Positions 11,145-24,161 of a DNA stretch of 64,000 nt are shown piece after piece (position 1 is the first letter of the stretch; every line of letters begins with the position of its first letter). Origin of the DNA: Chiloscyllium plagiosum. Lineage: Eukaryota. The stretch is taken from assembly GCF_004010195.1 (NCBI RefSeq), contig NC_057719.1, forward strand, positions 29,178,822-29,242,821, written 5' to 3'. The notes below the pieces were generated by a model that saw nothing but the letters and a program-made list of their open reading frames with translations, ran no database searches and was not told the origin of the DNA. A program made the translations under genes and the position numbers.

Positions 11145-13466
11145 GAAACGTCTGGATAGCAAACCTACAGCTCAGCGAGCAAACCTACACCCTAAACCTC
11201 AACCTGAGCTACAAACCTTCACAAATCTTGCAAAAACCTATGGGCACAATACGCTACAACTTGCCTGAAGATGGGAAAGGAATGCCATCCGAGAGAGTTC
11301 CACCCGCGAACAACTGTACTTCCTGCATGAATGTTTAAGAAAACAGGTATGCCAAAATGTTTCCAATATAAGCCGCCGATAAAAACACCTCAAGCCAGAA
11401 ATTTAACAGAACAAAACGGCCGCAGAATGCTCCGAGAACTAATCAATGATGCCCACCACAGACTCTGAAAATACAACCGGGAAATTGCGCGGCAAAAACT
11501 GTTATTCAAACAGGCAACAAATCAAGAATGGACAGATGCGGTAGAACGAGCCATAAACACCAAACCACGACAAACACAGCTAAAGAAAAATCGGGACCTG
11601 AAGACAAAACTTGACAAACTCACTAACAAAAACAAAACAGATAACACAGGGGCATGGATAAAGAATTTATCAGACCGGACCCTATCAGACACAGAAAAAG
11701 CAGTACTAGTAAAAGGATTAAATTTCAATTACCAAGATGCTGACAAGAAGGATTTCCTAGCGGCATTAGAAACCACATTGAAGGACAACAATCTCACGGA
11801 AGAAACATAACAAACTATCAGACAGACAGTTGCACCTACTCTGAGCCAAAAGAGGGAAGGAAACAAACTGAACACATAAGAAATGAAAGTCCTAGAAAAT
11901 CTCAAAAAAGACAAAAACATCATTATATTACCTGCAGACAAAGGTCGGCTCACAGTCATCCTGAACAGAAGGGACTACATAGAGAAAGCCAATGCACTAC
12001 TCGCAGATACCAACACCTACCAAAAGGTGGCTCTAGACCCGACCCCACAACTAGGAAACAAAATTACATATCTCCTAAGAAAATTACACAATTCTGGAAA
12101 ATTAAACAAGACAGAATTCCAGAAAATGAAACCCGACGGGACCAACACCCCACGATTCTACGGACTACCAAAAATCCATAAACCAGAAGCCCCCCTCAGA
12201 CCTATAGTCTCACTACCCGGAACACCAACTTATAGACTGGCCAAAGAACTACATGCAAGACTGAAATACCTAGTAGAAGAGTCACAGCACTCCATCCACT
12301 CCACCCAAGAATTCCTAAAAATCATCAAAAACACCAAAGTTGAGGAAGACGAAGCAATGATCTCATTCGACGTAACAGCACTGTTCACCTGCATCAACAT
12401 CGACCGAGCAAAGGAAACACTCATCACACTTTTAGAAGAGACCATCACACACACACCAACTACCATCAATCACATTACCAATGAAAACATCATGAAGCTA
12501 GTGGACCTGTGCCTCACCACCCACTTCACTTTCAACAACATAGTCTACAAACAAACCAACGGCACACCCATGGGATCTCCGCTATCAGGATTCATAGCAG
12601 AAGCGGTAATGCGAAGACTAGAACAAACAGCCCTACCAATCATCAAACCAAAAATCTGAGTTCGCTACGCAGATGACACCTTTGTCATCACAAAACGAAA
12701 CAAGATAGAAGAGACATTTAACATCATCAACAACATCCTCACAGGCATAAAGTTCACCAAGGATGAAGAAACCAACAACAAACTTGCATTTCTGGATGCC
12801 ACAGTAGAAAGAAAGGACAAGGGAGAATTACAAACCTGCGTATACAGAAAACCGACAAACACTGACCAAATACTCAACTACACCAGCAACCATCCCAACA
12901 CACACAAACGAAGCTGTATCAGAACACTACTCCAACGAGCCACCCACACTGCAGCACAGACAAACTTTGAAAAACAGAGGAGAACCACCTATACGACGTA
13001 TTCAAGAAGAACGGATACTCAAAAAACACAGTCCACAGATTCCTCAAGAACAAACCACGACAAGCAGACCAAACACAGCCAGAAACTTTAACCACCTTAC
13101 CATACATCAAAGAAGTTTCAGAAATGACAGCCAGACTACTAAGACCCCTCAGAATCCTAGTAGCACACAAACCCACCAACACTCCCAAACAAAAACTAAC
13201 AAACTTAAAAGACTCAGTACAACCCATGGACATAACCAACGTCATCTACAAAATTCCATGCAAGGACTGCCACAAACACTATGTAGGACAAACAGGAAGA
13301 AAGTTAGCTACCAGGATACACGAACACAGCTAGCCACAAAAAGACACAACCCTCTCTCCCTCGTAGCCCTACACACGGATGAAAAAAACCACCATTCCGA
13401 CTGGGACAACATATCTATCCTGGGACAGGCTAAACAAAGACATGCCAGAGAATTCCTAGAGGCCTG
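11145..13466 (+). mobile_element. Penelope-like element (family 2), near-complete RT + GIY-YIG ORF with stops
   Basis: ILPADKG, PRFYGLPKIHK..PLRPIVS, SFDVTALFT, GTPMGSPLS, RYADD; VIYKIPCKDCHKHYVGQTGR (GIY-YIG); 5' TSD copy agtaacatataca at 11132-11144. Confidence 0.95.
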
Positions 13467-13959
13467 CTCATATATTAGCACTGAATATCAGGGTTAAATG
13501 GTAATATAGATGCAACATCAGTTATGCTGAGTCACCAAGCATGAGTGAGTTGCAACTGGCTATGGGTAAAGAATGAAATCCACTGTAGATCTCTGATGGG
13601 AAATTCCAATTTCTCCATTGTGTGTAAACCTGTTCATCTCTCTCAGAGAGACAGCATTCATTTTCCAATCAGGAAACATGCTACATCCCTTCAACCAAAT
13701 AACCAAGATGATGTCACCAGTGCCACGATGGTTCAGCCTGAAGTAGAACTTCAAGCTCCAAATTGCTCGAGGGAATTTTACAAAGCCATTTGAAATCTCC
13801 CCCATGAAATACAGCCACCTTCCATCAGCTATACTAAACAAGTAGCACTGCATAAGTACACAGGGTCAGGCAAAAACATCTGCAAATAAGCACAGGGAAA
13901 ACTATGAAAATGAATAGGTCAGTTTTATATTAATTATGGAAATTGTTGTATATGTTACT

Positions 13960-14222
13960 TTAGGGTGTAGGTTTGCTCGCTGAGCTGTAGGTTTGATATC
14001 CAGACGTTTCATTACCTGGCTAGGTAACATCATCAGTGGTAACCTCCAAGTGAAGCGAAGCTGTTGTCTCCTGCTTTCTATTTATATCTTTCTCCTGGAT
14101 GGGGTTCCTGGGGTTTGTGGTGGTGTCATTTCCTGTTCGTTTTCTGAGGGGTTGATAGATGGCATCTAGATCTATGAGTTTGTTTATGGCGTTGTGGTTG
14201 GAGTGCCAGGCCTCTAGGAATT
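13960..14222 (-). mobile_element. Inverted 3' end/pLTR of the 11145-13466 Penelope element
   Basis: Continues FLEAWHS..AINK.ID; repeats the element's 5' sequence; TSD partner at 13947-13959 on the minus strand. Confidence 0.9.
13998..14040 (-). ncRNA. Hammerhead-ribozyme-like motif (minimal type I) in Penelope pLTR
   Basis: Minus strand reads CCA-CUGAUGA-U-GUUACCU-agcc-AGGUAAU-GAAA-CGUC-UGG. Confidence 0.7.
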
Positions 14223-14399
14223 TAGGTGTTAATAGCAAGTGATAAAGGATTAAAGGAAGCATCGGGATCTATACAATGAAAAGAAATTGCATTGAAAGCT
14301 ACCTAGAGGGTTCCTGCAAGATTGTCAGTGACAAACATAGAAGAATTATAAAAGCCAAGTTAATGAATTTTCAAGTATGGTAAATTGGGAATAGAAATG

Positions 14400-16200
14400 C
14401 ATGCTAGCATTAAGAAACAGACATCATCAAAGGGCGAGCACAGCTTTTGGGTTTAATAGAAATATGGGAGAGACCAGGTATTCAACCAGTAAAACAGAAT
14501 CAGTTCATATGAAAGTCTGATTGAAGAGTATGAGCATGAGTAAAAATTAAAGGGAGAAAAAATTAAGAGAAGAGCAGAGAAGCATAAGAAGTTACAAAGG
14601 ATTTTGGAAATGAAAAGGATGGAAGATGAAATATAAGAAGCTAGAAATAGAGATGAAAGAGAGAGAGAGAGAGAAGGAAAAAGAATTTAGGTCTGAAGTG
14701 TCAGTTAAAACAAGAGAACTCAGAATTGGAGGAGGCCTCTTTTGAATATAATCCTAGCCATAATCTAAAATCCAGTAAATTTGTATAGACTTTACCACAA
14801 TTTCAGAAAAGGACGAGGATATTTGTTTCATGCTTTGAGAAAAACTAATTGGCCAAAAGACCACTGGATGTTGTGCATGCAAGGCAAATCGATGAGTAGA
14901 AAATAGGAAATTTATGCTTCATTTTCAGAAGAAGCTTCGAGGGATTCTGATACTATAAAAAGAGCTATACCTGGTGCACATCAGCTATTGTCTGAGGCAT
15001 GGTTTCAGAATTTAAGGAAAGTATCTGGGCAAACCTATCTTGAATTTGCATTGATTGAGCAAAATAATTTTGATTGATGGATAAATGCATTGGAATTTAA
15101 AATTGCATATTTAGTCCTTTAGAAGAATTTAAAAACTCACTCCTTTCTTTTGTAAAGTCTCATGTTGAAGATTGAAGGTTTACTACTGCTAGACAAGGAA
15201 CAACAATGACTGATGATTGTAAGTTAATCCATAAAGCAAAACCTTTCTGCATTGTCCCCTTAAAGAAAGTGGGAGAATGAAAGGAAGGCAAGTGGACAGG
15301 TAAAGAGCAGATAGCTGGGAATGCCAAACTTGCTTTGGACGTCAAAAACAAAAGTATTAATGGTGGAGGTGAAAATTGTTGGCATCAGTGTTTCCATTGT
15401 AATAAAGTAGACACATTTATTCAGAATGCTGAAAGTTGCGATAGGAACCAATGGGACTTACCGGGTAAAAATTAGTCTGAAAAGGGAACTCAAAGAAAAT
15501 TCCGTGGATTAATCTACACCTATAAACTTGAATGTAAGTACTACTGTGAGTGCAGAAGAAGTCAATGGGATTGATGAGAAATACTACGTACTTTGTCTAA
15601 AGGGAAATAATGTTTTTTTCTACAAATAATGCATCCAAGGCAATTTTAAGGGACATAGGGGCTAATCAAGTTCTTTTGCCAAAAGAAATTTAGTTTTCCC
15701 TCCATAGAGTTCAGCGAAAACCAAAATGTTATTAAACAGAAGTAGCAAAAGTATCGCGGTTCCATTTTACAAAGTCCAATTGAGTGTTACTTGTTGGCTT
15801 GATCAGTGGTAGTCAGGGTAGTGAAGAAATTCCCATGGACAGAGTGATTTATTTCTCGGAAATAATTTAGCAGGAATGAAATTACAACTTTTTGTGTATA
15901 ATCACAGAAAATCTGACTGAGGCTGAAGAGACAAAATAGCTACAAGAAGAAGTTCCAGATATTTTTCCAGCATGTATTGTGACTACCTCAATGGCAAAAC
16001 AAAGACCATCTCCAGAGATCAATGAAATTCTACAAGCAGATGTTATGATAGCTCTCTTAAAAAATGGGAATAATTAATTAGAGAATTTTGGCATGACTTC
16101 TTTAATTGACGCGCAGAAAGCAGGATGAAAATCAAGTTGAGAACTAGCACAAGGCAGGAACATCAGATGTGATGGTTCCAGCCACTACTGGATCCATAAA
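14400..16200 (+). mobile_element. Highly decayed Gmr1-like Gypsy gag-protease remnant
   Basis: FEK..WPKDHW near 14830-14870, EEFK..L near 15120, CFHCNK zinc knuckle near 15388, ILRDIGA protease motif near 15643; boundaries approximate. Confidence 0.62.
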
Positions 16201-16532
16201 ATGGAGTACCTTTCTCTATAAATGGTTCAGAAAATACAGACATGTTTTGTCCAGACTGTTCACTGCTGTTTATGAGAATATGTATCACCTTGCTGCAAAA
16301 GTGAAAGAAGGGTGTCACTATGCTTAGCAAAATGTCTGGGTGATGTGCCCTTCATAGCTGAGTAGCTGGTTGGTATGTAGACAGTGTGAGAGCTGGAATT
16401 GAGTTGGCAGCATTCACAATTTAAGATGAAGTCCTTCAATGTTAGATCTGAATCCTGATTGCTGATGTGTGAGTGCTGGGAATCTTGTGAATTGAGTAAT
16501 GTGATAGTGTGGTAATTTAAGGTGAAGTGATT

Positions 16533-16800
16533 TATGAAGGGGAAATCATGCTTGACTAATCTTCTTGAATTTTTTGAGGATGTAACTATGAAGTTAGACG
16601 AGGGAAATCCAGTAGATGTAGTGTACCTGGACTTTCAGAAAGCTTTTGATAAAGTCCCACACAGGAGGTTAGTGAGTAAAATTAGGATGCATGGTATTGG
16701 GGGCAAAGTACTAGATTGGATTGAAAATTGGTTGGCTAATAGGAAGCAAAGGGTAGTCATAAACGGCTCCATTTCGGAATGGCAGGCAGTGACCAGTGGA
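16533..16800 (+). mobile_element. CR1 RT fragment
   Basis: KGKSCLTNLLEFFE, DVVYLDFQKAFDKVPH, RKQRVVING. Confidence 0.9.
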
Positions 16801-16839
16801 GGAGCAGAAGGGTCAACGTTTCGGGCATATGCTCTTCAT

Positions 16840-17400
16840 CACAAACTTTCAGAGTCTTGCTCCTTCTTCAGGTAGTTAGTGAGACAGGATACATTGGACA
16901 CAGAATTTATAAATAAAAGATCAAAGGGTCATACGCCTGATGCAAATGTATTGAACAAGCCTCGATGGCTATTGAGTCTTTAATCACTTCAAACGGGGAT
17001 GCAGGCTTTAGTTGATGCATATGTAGACCCCGGAATTCCTTTCAAGTGACTGCCCCAAGATAACTTAAGGTTTTATCCGTATAAAAGAGGTAACATCTCA
17101 GGTCAGACAACGCATTTTAGGTGTGAGACCTTGTTTAGAGTCTGTCTGTGTCTGAACCTGGAGTTAGACTGGTTTTATTTCCAATGTAGGAATTTATAGA
17201 ATGCCACATTGACTGACTGCCGACAGATTGTGGGCTTTTTGAACAAACTAGAATATATCTGGAAATACAAATTTGCAAATGCAAATTCACCCCATAGATT
17301 TGTGTGTGTGGGTCTGTGAGTGAGAGAGAGAGAGAGAGAGAGAGTATGAAATAGGGTCAGTGTGAGTGTGTGTTTGTGTGAGAGAATGTGTGTCTATGTG
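16840..17400 (-). mobile_element. Penelope-like family 3 3' region (non-coding, CA/TC-rich)
   Basis: Reverse complement of about 56330-56790, including the degenerate hammerhead core. Confidence 0.75.
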
Positions 17401-17402
17401 TC

Positions 17403-17668
17403 CGTGATGAGGAGAAACTTCTTCACCCAGAGAGTGGTGGCTATGTGGAATGCTCTGCCCCAGAGGGCAGTGGAGACCCACTCTCTGGATTCATTTAAGA
17501 AGGAGTTGGATAGAGCTCTCAAAGATAGTGGAATCAAGGGTTATGGAGATAAGGCAGGAACAGGATACTGATTAGGAATGATCAGCCATGATTATATTGA
17601 ATGGCGGTGCAGGCTCGAAGGGCTGAATGGCCTACTCCTGCACCTATTGTCTATTGTCTATTGTCTAA
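17403..17668 (+). mobile_element. CR1 3' end
   Basis: RRNFFTQRVVAMWNALP; (ctattgt)n tail. Confidence 0.9.
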
Positions 17669-17899
17669 TTAGGTGATAAGGGGTCAGTTAACTCAGTTGG
17701 CTGGTTTGCAATAAAGAGTGATGCCAACAGTGCGGTTTCACTTCCCTGACAGTAGAGGTTACCATAGAAGTCCCAGTTCTCAACCTTGCCTGCTCTGAGG
17801 TGACCTTCAGGTTAAACAATTGTCATCGCACTTCTGTCTTTATCGCACCAGTCATCACTCTCTCTGATAAGAGGTCCTCTGGCTCTATGGCAGTTTTAC

Positions 17900-18105
17900 T
17901 TTACTTCACTTAGTATGGGAGATGCTATTTGGAGACTCATTTCCTGACTTTGACCATCTGGGAGGTCACCAAACTTCCGAGATCTTTGAAGCCAAACTCC
18001 AGAATGTTTTCTTTCACCCAGCTGTGGAAACAGAGTACATCTTTTTAAACCCAAGGCCTCCACTGTTGCATCTGAAAACCCGGGACCCTTCTTCCTGATC
18101 ATTTT
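17900..18105 (-). pseudogene. Possible Myb/SANT-like ORF remnant of a Harbinger transposon
   Basis: KKGPGFSDATVEAL..KR..LFP resembles the PRFSD..LE.L N-terminus of Harbinger DNA-binding proteins; short and degraded. Confidence 0.35.
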
Positions 18106-18209
18106 TCTACTTTACCAGTCTTCTTTTGATCAAAACTTTCTGGAGAAGCTTTACCAACTGTTGAGCCTGTGTGCATCTCCTCTGTTACAAACTTGAATTG
18201 CTGCTGTAT

Positions 18210-18890
18210 AATTGAATTGAACTGAATTTATTGTCATGTGCACTGAGACACAGTGAAAAGCTTTGTCTTGTGAGCAATACAGGCAGATCACATAGTTAAA
18301 TTGCATAGATAAGTAAATGATAGGTAAACAGCGGCAAAAACTAGAACACAGGTACAGGCAAATGGTAAAAGCTTGTGAGTCCATTCAGTATTCTAACAAC
18401 AGTAGGGAAGAAACAGTTTCAAAACCGGCTGGTGCATGTGTTCAGGCTTCTGAATCTTCTCATTGATGGGAGAGGTTGTAGTAAAGCATTGCCAGGGTGG
18501 GATGAATCTTTGAGAATGCTGGTGGCTTTTCCTTGACAGCGGGCCTGGTAGATGGATTCTGTAGGTGGGAGGTTGGCCTTTGTGATTGTCCAGGCTGAGT
18601 TCACCACTCTCTATAACTGTCTCCGATCTTGAATGATACATTCAGACAGAATGCTCTTGATAGCGCACTTTTAAAAGTTGGCAAGGGTATTTGCCGTCAT
18701 GCCAAAATTTCTCAGCTGCCTGAGGAAGAAGAGACGTTGTTGGGCTTTTGTAACCAGTGTGTCCACATGAAGAATCCAAGAAAGCTTGTTGTTGATGACC
18801 ACTCCTAGGAGCTTGACACTCTCCAATTGTTCCACTTCTGTGTTGTTAATGTGTAGAGGGGGCATGAGTAACACTCTGCTACAAGCCACT
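18210..18890 (-). mobile_element. Rex1/Babar- or L2-like LINE 3' fragment
   Basis: VKLLGVVINNKLSW..H..KAQQRLFFLRQLRNFGM; DSSHPGNAL..LPS.RRFRSL..TSRF; (ttcaa)n tail. Confidence 0.8.
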
Positions 18891-18963
18891 ATATGCACTA
18901 TTTAACCATTAGATAATTCAAGCAGTAGATCATATTTGTATCAAATTGTGTTTTCACATGCAG

Positions 18964-18980
18964 TAATTTCTGAAGATGAG
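18964..18980 (+). CDS. SIX6OS1: Putative 17-nt micro-exon (V-ISEDE)
   Basis: tgtgttttcacatgcag|TAATTTCTGAAGATGAG|gtaagc; phase 1 in, phase 0 out, exactly bridging 9407 and 24162. Confidence 0.55.
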
Positions 18981-19200
18981 GTAAGCATTCAAACTTTAAC
19001 ATCTAAGAGAGTGGCAACAGCAAGCAGAAGCATGGTCAATATCCAGTCAGAGATTAACTTAGTAGAAACAACTTTGCCTCTCTTCCTTATTTTTGGTAAC
19101 CTATGACATCTCATGGGGCATTTCATTTTATTAACTTTGTGGAGATAAATACTATGATTTCTGGATTGGAAATGCAGACGTTCAAATTACAATAAAATAA

Positions 19201-19510
19201 TGGGCGGCACAGTGGCACAGTGGTCAGCACTACTGCCTCACAGCGCCAGAGACCTGGGTTCAATTCCCGACTCAGGCGACCGACTGTGTGGAGTTTGCAC
19301 GTTCTCCCTGTGTCTGCGTGGGTTTCCTCCGGGTGCTCCGGTTTCCTCCCACAGTCCAAAGATGTGCAGGTCAGGTGAATTGGCATGCAAAATTGCCCGT
19401 AGTGTTAGGTAAAGGGGTAAATGTAGGGGAATGGGTGGGTTACGCTTCGGTGGGTTGGTGTGGACTTGTTGGGCCGAAGGGCCTGTTTCCACACTGTAAG
19501 TAATCTAATG
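19201..19510 (+). mobile_element. HE1-type tRNA-derived SINE
   Basis: ggcggcacagtggcacagtggtcagcac (A box), ggttcaattccc (B box), tgtgtggagtttgcacgttctccc body, taatc tail. Confidence 0.88.
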
Positions 19511-19986
19511 AACCTGGGGACTATTGATTACTGAGAAAAATAACCTTAGTAAATAATTTCAAATAACTAATTGACTTTTAAACTACATTTTGTGTCTCAG
19601 AAAGTGAAAAGCACAAGAGTCTGCAAGCAAATAATATTTTGGTTACACAACTTAACTTGGTACAAAAAGAATGTGAGGTAATATTAAAAATATGTGAAAT
19701 TATTGCTTAAGTGGTATTGGCGGTGGATTAAGATAAGCTCACAGGTTCACTAGTTCTCTTCATTATAAGCTGTACTATGTACCATGAGTTTTATGTATTC
19801 CGAATTTGTCTTATAGTCATTCTGCAAATAAAACAAGCTACTTTAAACCTACAACCTTCAGATATAATTTTACAGAATTTTCAAAAATTTTACAGAGCAG
19901 ACAATGGTATCTTCAAGCAATATTTTTGCTGTTTGGATTGTTTTGAAGGAATCCTGTAGTACTCAACCGAGCAAGTCTCAGGATTT

Positions 19987-20825
19987 AGAGTCATAGAGTC
20001 ATAGAGATGTATAGCATGGAAACAGACCCTTCGGTCTAACTCATCCATGTGGACGAGGTATCCCAACCCAGTCTCGTCCCACCTGCCAGCACCCGGCCCA
20101 TATCCCTCCAAACCCTTCCTATTCATAGACCCATCAGATGCCTTTTAAATGTTGCAATTGTACTAGCCTCCACCACTTCCTCTGGCAGCTCATTCCATAC
20201 ACGTACCACCCTCTCAGTGAAAAAGTTGCACCTTGGGTCTCTTCTATATCTTTCCCCTCTCATCTTAAACCTTAAATCTTAAAAGACTTGGTCTGTTTAT
20301 CCTATCCATGCCCCTCATGATTTTATAAACCTCTATAAGGTTTATAAAATCAGAAACCTCAGTCTCTGATGCTCCAGGGAAAACAGCCCCAGCCTATTCT
20401 ACCTTTTCCTATAGCTCAAATCCTCCAACCCTGGCAACATCCTTGTAAATCTTTTCTGAACCCTTTCAAGTTTCACGACATCATTCTGATAGGAAGGAGA
20501 CCAGAATTGCATGCAATGTTCCAAACGTGGCCTAACCGATGTCCTGTACGCCGCAACATGACCATACAACTCCTGTACTCAATACTCTGTCCAATAAAGG
20601 AGAGCATACCAAACGCCTTTTCTCCACTTACAAGGAGCTATGAACCTACACTCCAAGAACTCTTTCTTCAGCAACACTCCCTAGGACCTTATCATTAAGT
20701 GTATAAGTCCTGCTCAGATTTACTTTCCCAAAATGCAGCACCTCGCATTTATCTAAATTAAACTCCATCTGCCACTTCTCAGCCCATTGACTCGTCTGAT
20801 CAAGATCCCGTTGTAATCTGCGGTA
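19987..20825 (-). mobile_element. CR1 3' fragment
   Basis: LQRDLDQ..WAEKWQMEFNLDKCEVLHFG; (gagtcata)n tail. Confidence 0.9.
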
Positions 20826-21037
20826 GTGCACAACCTTGTCATCATGAGGGAATGCATCATGAGGAAATAACCCTTGCCATCAAATGTCAGGATAGAGAAG
20901 CACGAGAGGAAGGCAGAAAAGGAAGGGAGGCGGGGCACAAAATCAGTTTTTCTTTTTAGAGGACCTAAGGATTTCTCAAGGGCTAGTTTTTAATTTTCAA
21001 TGGGCACTTTATTGTTTTAACTTTAATAAAGTATTGT

Positions 21038-21310
21038 AGTCATAGAATCCTTACAGTGTGGCAAGAACTTATTCAGTCCATTTGAGTCTGCACCGACCTT
21101 TCTGAAAAGCATTTCACCCAGGTCTATCCCCGATCCTATTCCTGTAAACCTGCACTTACCATGGCTGATCCACCTAAACTACACATCCCTGGATATTACC
21201 AGACAATTTATCATGGCCAATTATTGAACCTGTGCATCTTTGGACTGTGAGAGGAAACACACACAGGCATGGGGAGAACATGCAAACTTCACGCAGTCAC
21301 CCGAAGCTGG
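21038..21310 (-). mobile_element. Diverged HE1-like SINE
   Basis: Similar to the reverse complement of 19201-19510. Confidence 0.75.
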
Positions 21311-21855
21311 AATTGAGCACAGGCCCCGGTGCTGTGAGGTAGCAATGCTAACCACTGAGCCACCATGCCACCATCATGTCACAACACTTCAGCCTCCCTG
21401 TCACACCACCCCCTGCAACCATCCCTGTGGTCTTTCTGATGTCCCCCTCCCCACCCCCTTCAGACACCAAAGGCAAATAAGTGGATTTATCCCCTCCCAG
21501 CTTCAACGTGGCTGCAGTCTGTTGGTCCTGGGCTTTTGCCCTTCCACCTCTTTCTCTTGACCTCCCCCTCCCCAGTTCTTGACCTCCCTTTTCTGCTTTT
21601 GTTCCTGCCCCTGATCCCAGGCTGTGGTAAGATGTTTATCTTTAAAGGAATGTTGTTTCTCTGATTACCATTCCTGATGGAGGGCTTTTACCCAAAATGC
21701 CAATTCTCCTACTCCTTGGATGCTACCGGACCTGCTGTGCTTTTCCAGCACCACACTCTCGACTCTAATCACCAACATCTGCAGTCCTCACTTTTGCCTC
21801 TCTGATTACTTTCCCAGTGATTGACTTTTCCAGGAGATTTAGGCATTTTTTTTGT

Positions 21856-22163
21856 TAGATTAGATTAGATTAGATTACTTACAGTGTAGAAACAGGCCCT
21901 TCAGCCCAACAAGTCCACAATGACCCGCCGAAGCGCAACCCACCCACACCCATTCCCTTACATTTACCCCTTTGCCTAACACTACGGGCAATTTGGCATG
22001 GCCAATTCACCTAACCTGCACATTTTTGGACTGTGGGAGGAAACCAGAGCACCCGGAGGAAACCCACGCAAATACGGGGAGAATGTGCCGCCTGAGTCGG
22101 GAATTGAACCCAGGTCTCTGGCGCTGTGAGGCAGCAGTGCTAATCACTGTGCCACCGTGCCGC
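21856..22163 (-). mobile_element. HE1-type SINE
   Basis: Reverse complement of 19201-19510; (ttaga)n tail. Confidence 0.88.
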
Positions 22164-22959
22164 ATTTCAGGGGTGATTTCTCCCACTACAGCCATGAATT
22201 TCGAGCATCAAAGGGAGACAGTTTCTATGTGAAGAAATGGTGCTCGTAATCTCAACCCCAATTCATTAACAGTCCCAGAGTCCAAACTTGTCCTGTCACT
22301 GACCATCAAACATTTTCCACAATACCAAAGCAAATACAAATCTTATACTTTCCAGCTCAAATTTAGAACTTGTATCATGGCACAAAAAACCCCTAGTGAA
22401 TTTGCTTAGTCCCTGTGCCTGTCTTATTTCTCCCGAAGGTGCTCCCCTGTCGGCATCGGCATGGTTGGTGGAACACTGCTCACCTTGAGGTGTGTCCGAA
22501 AAGCCACCTGATTTGTAACTCTGAACTTAGCCTGGCAGCACCTAAAGCATCTCTGCCTTAATGTTCATTAGTTTGAACTGACTGTCAACATTCTGGTTAT
22601 TGGCTGAGTGATAGGATGGAAGCACAAAGGCTGTCAAACTGCAAGAAGACAGAAAGTTCTGACTCCATTAAGCAACTGCCTGATTCACAATGGGGTATTT
22701 CAGCATTTCAGGTGTTCTTTTGGAGAAAATATTAATGTAGTCTTAGTAAGGAGGAACAATTCTAAGAAAGAGACAACTATAGCTAACCAAAGAAGAATAT
22801 TAAGTTGAAAGAAAAAGCATAAGAGGCCAAAGTCAGTGATAGCCCCAAAGATAGGGATAAATTCAGAATTCAGCAAAGGTAGACTAAAAAGATAAAAAAA
22901 GACAGACAAACTAAACTACAAGGGCAAACTGGCAAGAAGTATGCTTTCTTTTATTAAAG

Positions 22960-23210
22960 GTAAAAACAATGACTGCAGATGCTGGAAACCAGATTCTGGA
23001 TTAGTGGTGCTGGAAGAGCACAGCAGTTCAGGCAGCATCCGAGGAGCAGTAAAATCGACATTTCGGTCTAAATCCCTTCATCAGGAATACAGGCAGAGAG
23101 CCTGAAGGGTGGAGAGATAAGCTAGAGGAGGGTGGGGATGGGGAGAAAGTAGCATAGAGTACGATAGGTGAGTGGGGAAGGGGATGAAGGTGATAGGTCA
23201 GGGAGGAGGG
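22960..23210 (-). mobile_element. Penelope family 1 3'-end fragment
   Basis: Near-identical to 25198-25460; contains hammerhead-like core. Confidence 0.82.
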
Positions 23211-24161
23211 TACGATTCAATCCCGTGTACCCAGAACATTATCTGGGTCACTGAATTACTAGTGCAGTGACAATACCACAATGGCATCACCCCCATTCTG
23301 ATATGGTGTATATCATTGTACTTTTAGTGCTGCTGGAACTCCCTTCTTAACAGCAGTATGGGGGTACCTAAACTTAAATGGACTGCAATGATTCAAGAAG
23401 AACCACCTCACCAATGCCTTTTCAAGGACATCTAAGGATTAAATGCTGGGATGGACAATGAATGTTGGATGCACAGATGTAAAATGGAGGTGTTCACCTG
23501 TTCCAAGGTGAAAAAAATTGGGCTTCAAGCTGGAAGTTGAAACCTGTGCCAAGTTTGTGCTCCATGTCTTTTGATGCTAATGTAGGCTTTCTAGTAGATT
23601 TCGTGGTACACCAAGCAATTGGACAGTGGAACACTCATCTGCCTTCTGTAGGTTGTCCTTTAAAAGTCCACATCTGACTTCTCTGCAGCAGAATGAGTAT
23701 CCAATCACATCATCTGCTGACTTTGCACTTACACTATCCTTTTTCCTAACTCTGGTGCCTGCATAATTGTGCTTCACATCTCAAATATGCAAATCCCGCT
23801 ACTAACCTATTCTATATATCACATGCAGTGTCATTATCTGAGCTGGCAGTTATTACTGTAAAATTAAGTGAAAGAATGAACAATAATGCCTTTCACCTTT
23901 TATTTTCATTAACTGTGTGCATTATGGAAATTATGATAAACTGGATCAGGATACTAACAAGGTCTTTATTAAGATGGGAAGAACAGAATAGATTTTTAAG
24001 GCAAATTACATTCTGCAAATTTATATTTATCTTAGGAAAAAATATGCTTTATTTTTGATTGTACAGATTTATCAAAAATGGTATTTTAATAGCAATTCTT
24101 TAATAGTCAGATGTAATTGTGTGATTTCTCATCACAAAATTAGGACTTTTGATTTTTTTAG

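Noticed and set aside
19201..19280. tRNA gene
   Set aside because: A/B boxes continue into a SINE body and tail; no complete cloverleaf
19862..19906. Additional exon (ttcag|ATATAATTTTAC...AATG|gtatc)
   Set aside because: Weak donor, and its phase 1/1 does not fit between the micro-exon and 24162
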